DNA of 64,000 nt from the NCBI GenBank assembly GCA_033723415.1, contig JAWVXD010000002.1, positions 312,988-376,987 of the forward strand, given 5' to 3'. Under the pieces are notes generated by a model. The model saw only the letters and a program-made list of their open reading frames with translations, was not told where the DNA came from and did no database searches. Positions 61,349-64,000 of the stretch are shown here, in pieces. The stretch's first letter is position 1; each line of letters begins with the position of its first letter. The position numbers and the translations under genes are program-made. This stretch comes from Sulfurospirillaceae bacterium (GTDB lineage: Bacteria; Campylobacterota; Campylobacteria; Campylobacterales; Sulfurospirillaceae).

Positions 61349-62521
61349 ATGAGAGCAATTTCAATTAAAGATTTATTATCTTTTCAAAAAACACCATTGA
61401 ATCTTTTGATGGCAATCACAACGGTAGCCCTTTTGGGTGCATTTTTTGCAGGAGCTTTTATTTACCTACTCTATGGACATGAAGCATATAATGTAACTAG
61501 ACAACACCCATGGGGTTTGTTAATTGCTATGTATATATTCTTTGTTGTGTCAAGTACAGGACTTTGTTTGATATCTTCTATAGGTCATATATTTGGGATA
61601 GAAGAGTTTAAACAAATTGGAAAGCGAGCAATAGCCGGTGCAATTATAACTATATTGTCAGGTTTTGCCGTAATCGGTTTAGAAATAGGCCATCCGATAA
61701 CAATGCTTATATATAATGTCCTAACACCTGGCCTCACTAGTGCAATTTGGTGGATGGGTACACTTTATGCAATTTATCTATTTTTTATTGTATTTGAATT
61801 TATATTTTTATTGAGAGATGACCATAAATGGTCTAAAGTATTTGGTATTGGCGGGCTACTATTCGGTTTGGCTGCACATAGTAATCTTGGTGCCGTTTTT
61901 GGATTCTTGATTTCAAGACCATCAGCTAATGGTGTTTTCTATCCGGTATATTTTATTTTATCTGCGATGATCACAGGCTGTTACTTGATCTATCTTATGT
62001 ATGGATTTAGATATAAAATGGATTTCCCTGAAAAAGTCCGTGTGATGCTAGTTAAGCTTGGAAAAGTTTTAGGAATGCTACTGGCGATACTAATATTTTT
62101 TGAAGGCTGGAAGATATTAACTGCTGTTTACGGAAATGTACCTGAGAGAAGTGAAACAGTATTACATGCCGTTCACAATCCGACATTTTGGTTCGGTGAA
62201 TTGACTTTGGGTATGTTGATACCGTTTTTTATCATACTACTTAGTAATGCACAGGCAGTTAAAGCAACTGTATGGGCATCAATTACCGGAATGGTCGGAA
62301 TTTTCTTCATGAGGTATGACTTAGTTCATGACACATTGATATATCCTATGCAGACCTTAAAAATCTCTGAGTATCAATTGCCTCCGACATTTATTCACTA
62401 CTTCCCATCAGCAACTGAGTTCGCTATCGGATTTGGTGGTTTAGGTGTTGCATTTATTATGTATTACCTTGCAGAGAAAATATTCGTTTTAGACGACACA
62501 GAGACAAGCAAAGCTCATTAA
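61349..62521 (+). CDS. NrfD/PsrC-family membrane anchor
   Basis: PWGLLIAMYIFF, EIGHP, SAIWWMG, MRYD; highly hydrophobic, 390 aa. Confidence 0.9.
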   Translation: MRAISIKDLLSFQKTPLNLLMAITTVALLGAFFAGAFIYLLYGHEAYNVTRQHPWGLLIAMYIFFVVSSTGLCLISSIGHIFGIEEFKQIGKRAIAGAIITILSGFAVIGLEIGHPITMLIYNVLTPGLTSAIWWMGTLYAIYLFFIVFEFIFLLRDDHKWSKVFGIGGLLFGLAAHSNLGAVFGFLISRPSANGVFYPVYFILSAMITGCYLIYLMYGFRYKMDFPEKVRVMLVKLGKVLGMLLAILIFFEGWKILTAVYGNVPERSETVLHAVHNPTFWFGELTLGMLIPFFIILLSNAQAVKATVWASITGMVGIFFMRYDLVHDTLIYPMQTLKISEYQLPPTFIHYFPSATEFAIGFGGLGVAFIMYYLAEKIFVLDDTETSKAH

Positions 62522-62573
62522 TGTGGAGTTTATAAGGTAAATTATTATAAAATATCATAAAAACAATAACGGA

Positions 62574-62597
62574 AAAGCACTTGAAACAGAGTGCTTT
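62574..62597 (+). terminator. Hairpin after the psr-like operon (terminator or 5' UTR stem)
   Basis: AAAGCACT-N8-AGTGCTTT. Confidence 0.45.
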
Positions 62598-62617
62598 ATC
62601 TTATGAAAGGAGTAAAA

Positions 62618-62935
62618 ATGAAAAAACTGTTAATATTAGTATTTGCAGCGGTTGTAGGCTTGAGTTTAGTTAGCACTTCTGCATTTGCTGGTGCAAACAA
62701 AGGTCAAAAGATTATAATTAAAAAATTAAAACGACCTTGTGGTTTCAATGGTGGAGTTCTTGCCAAGAAGCATACTCAAGGCGAGTGGACGGCAATATAC
62801 AAAGCTGGAAAACTTAATGACGAACTTAAAAAGCTATGTCCTAAAGCTAAACCACTAAGAGATAAGTACATTAAAGATGTGTATGATTTTCTTAATAACT
62901 ACGCTAGCGATAGCGGTAATGTTCCGTCTTGTTAA
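62618..62935 (+). CDS. Small periplasmic cytochrome-c-like protein lacking CxxCH
   Basis: Signal peptide ending AFA; KGQK, KHTQGEW, C-terminal DSGNVPSC; AAGGAG SD before ATG 62618. Confidence 0.7.
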   Translation: MKKLLILVFAAVVGLSLVSTSAFAGANKGQKIIIKKLKRPCGFNGGVLAKKHTQGEWTAIYKAGKLNDELKKLCPKAKPLRDKYIKDVYDFLNNYASDSGNVPSC

Positions 62936-63004
62936 TTTTGAAAGCAACAGGTTGTTGCAACATAAACAGAATTTAGATTTTATACTCTAAAATAAATTAG
63001 ACAA

Positions 63005-63028
63005 AAGAAGAGGCTTTCGCCTCTTCTT
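63005..63028. terminator. Bidirectional intrinsic terminator
   Basis: AAGAAGAGGC-TTTC-GCCTCTTCTT between convergent genes. Confidence 0.8.
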
Positions 63029-63742
63029 CTACTTATTAGAATTTCCACCTAAAATACTTAATATTTGAAGTAAAGAGATAAACAGATTTAAGAAATCCAG
63101 ATAAAGTGCGATTGCACCCTCTATCGGTGTCTCATATCTGCCTTTGATTATGTTTTGCGTATCATATAGAATAAATGCACTAAATAATATAGCACCTATA
63201 CTGGCAATTGCCAATTGCAATACCGGACTGTGCAAAAATATATTTATAAGACTAGCTACAACTATAACTATAAGAGTTATAAAAAGCATTTTACTCATTG
63301 CAGAAAAATCTCTCTTTGTATTCATCGCAAAAACCGAAAGAGAACCAAATGCAACAGTTGTTAGCATAAAGGCATTAGCTATGATCCCACCTCCGCCGTT
63401 CATACCTAATATATGGTATAGCAAAGGAGCGATAGTAAGTCCACTGATAAATGTAAACCCAAATAAAAGTATTAGATTTAATCCAGCCTTCTTCTTTGCG
63501 GCATACAAACCAAATAAAAAAACGAACTCTAAAATCACAAGACCTAAATAGAATCTTGATATTTGAGGTGCGATTCCCGTACCTATATATGCACCTACAC
63601 TGGCAGCTAATAAAGAAGCTGCAAACAATTGGTAAGTTTGTTTTATAAAAATAGCAAGATTGCTACTAGCGCCAGCTCTTTGACTCTGGCTTGCAGTCTC
63701 ACTTGTCCCACGGCTTATATATTCTCTGTCATATAGCGCCAT
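63029..63742 (-). CDS. Bax inhibitor-1/YccA family membrane protein
   Basis: About 7 TM; FIKQTY, ILYDTQNI, LYLDFLNLF. Confidence 0.93.
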   Translation of the reverse strand: MALYDREYISRGTSETASQSQRAGASSNLAIFIKQTYQLFAASLLAASVGAYIGTGIAPQISRFYLGLVILEFVFLFGLYAAKKKAGLNLILLFGFTFISGLTIAPLLYHILGMNGGGGIIANAFMLTTVAFGSLSVFAMNTKRDFSAMSKMLFITLIVIVVASLINIFLHSPVLQLAIASIGAILFSAFILYDTQNIIKGRYETPIEGAIALYLDFLNLFISLLQILSILGGNSNK

Positions 63743-63895
63743 TATTGTCTCCTTAATTTTAAAAGTTAAACTTTTAAGTTAAACTAATTTTTGTTTATGG
63801 TATTTTATAACACCATGATTAACGAAAAATAAACAGAGTTTAATTATATATTAACAACATTTCAGAATCTAAGCAAGCTCTAAGGATTGATTGTA

Positions 63896-64000
63896 TATAA
63901 TTTCGTCCTCGTTTGAGAGAACGGGTGTTAAAGAGTCCCAGTTTATAGGGGTTCAAGTTCATTACAATTTATTAATGTTAAATTATTCAATCTTTGAAAT
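63896..64000 (+). promoter_or_regulatory. Probable stable-RNA (rRNA operon) promoter and leader
   Basis: TATAATTTCGTC identical to the tRNA-operon promoter at 348-359; GC-rich GAGA-tetraloop hairpin; boxA-like TCTTTGAAAT at the window edge. Confidence 0.55.

Noticed and set aside
63144..63551. 135-aa plus-strand ORF and similar antisense ORFs such as 27838..28287 and 55607..55999
   Set aside because: Wholly or almost wholly antisense to well-supported genes; no independent coding signals.

Overview
AT-rich chromosomal window from a Campylobacterota (epsilon-proteobacterial) genome; gene content and order suggest a Sulfurospirillum-like organism, which is inference. It spans the replication origin (ruvC | dnaA-dnaN-gyrB, with DnaA-box clusters on both sides of dnaA). 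The left ~30 kb lies between a Gly-Leu-Cys-Ser tRNA operon and an inward-facing tRNA-Ser(GGA) and is accessory-looking. It holds a 12-gene aryl-polyene/xanthomonadin-like type II PKS/FAS and export cluster, a PAS-GGDEF cyclase, a glucosylglycerate operon (gpgP-gpgS-GH13_18 phosphorylase-galU), a Tat-exported superoxide-reductase-like protein, and a divergent gene pair matching the two halves of D-glutamate cyclase. It also holds a DUF2156-GNAT pair, two MscS channels, CorA, and a DASS transporter with a two-component system. The right half is mostly core: Fur-family regulator, hemerythrin, SRP RNA, queF, a degenerate GGDEF-EAL gene coupled to gyrB, thyX, sigma54-driven fliK-flgD-flgE-like-flgE, typA, tpx, secG-deacetylase-frr-pyrE, a decayed bioC-like pseudogene, a psrABC-like molybdoenzyme operon and BI-1/YccA. 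The window probably ends in a stable-RNA (rRNA) promoter/leader. No integrase, transposase, prophage or CRISPR array was seen. All product calls come from motif and family recognition by eye; no searches were run.
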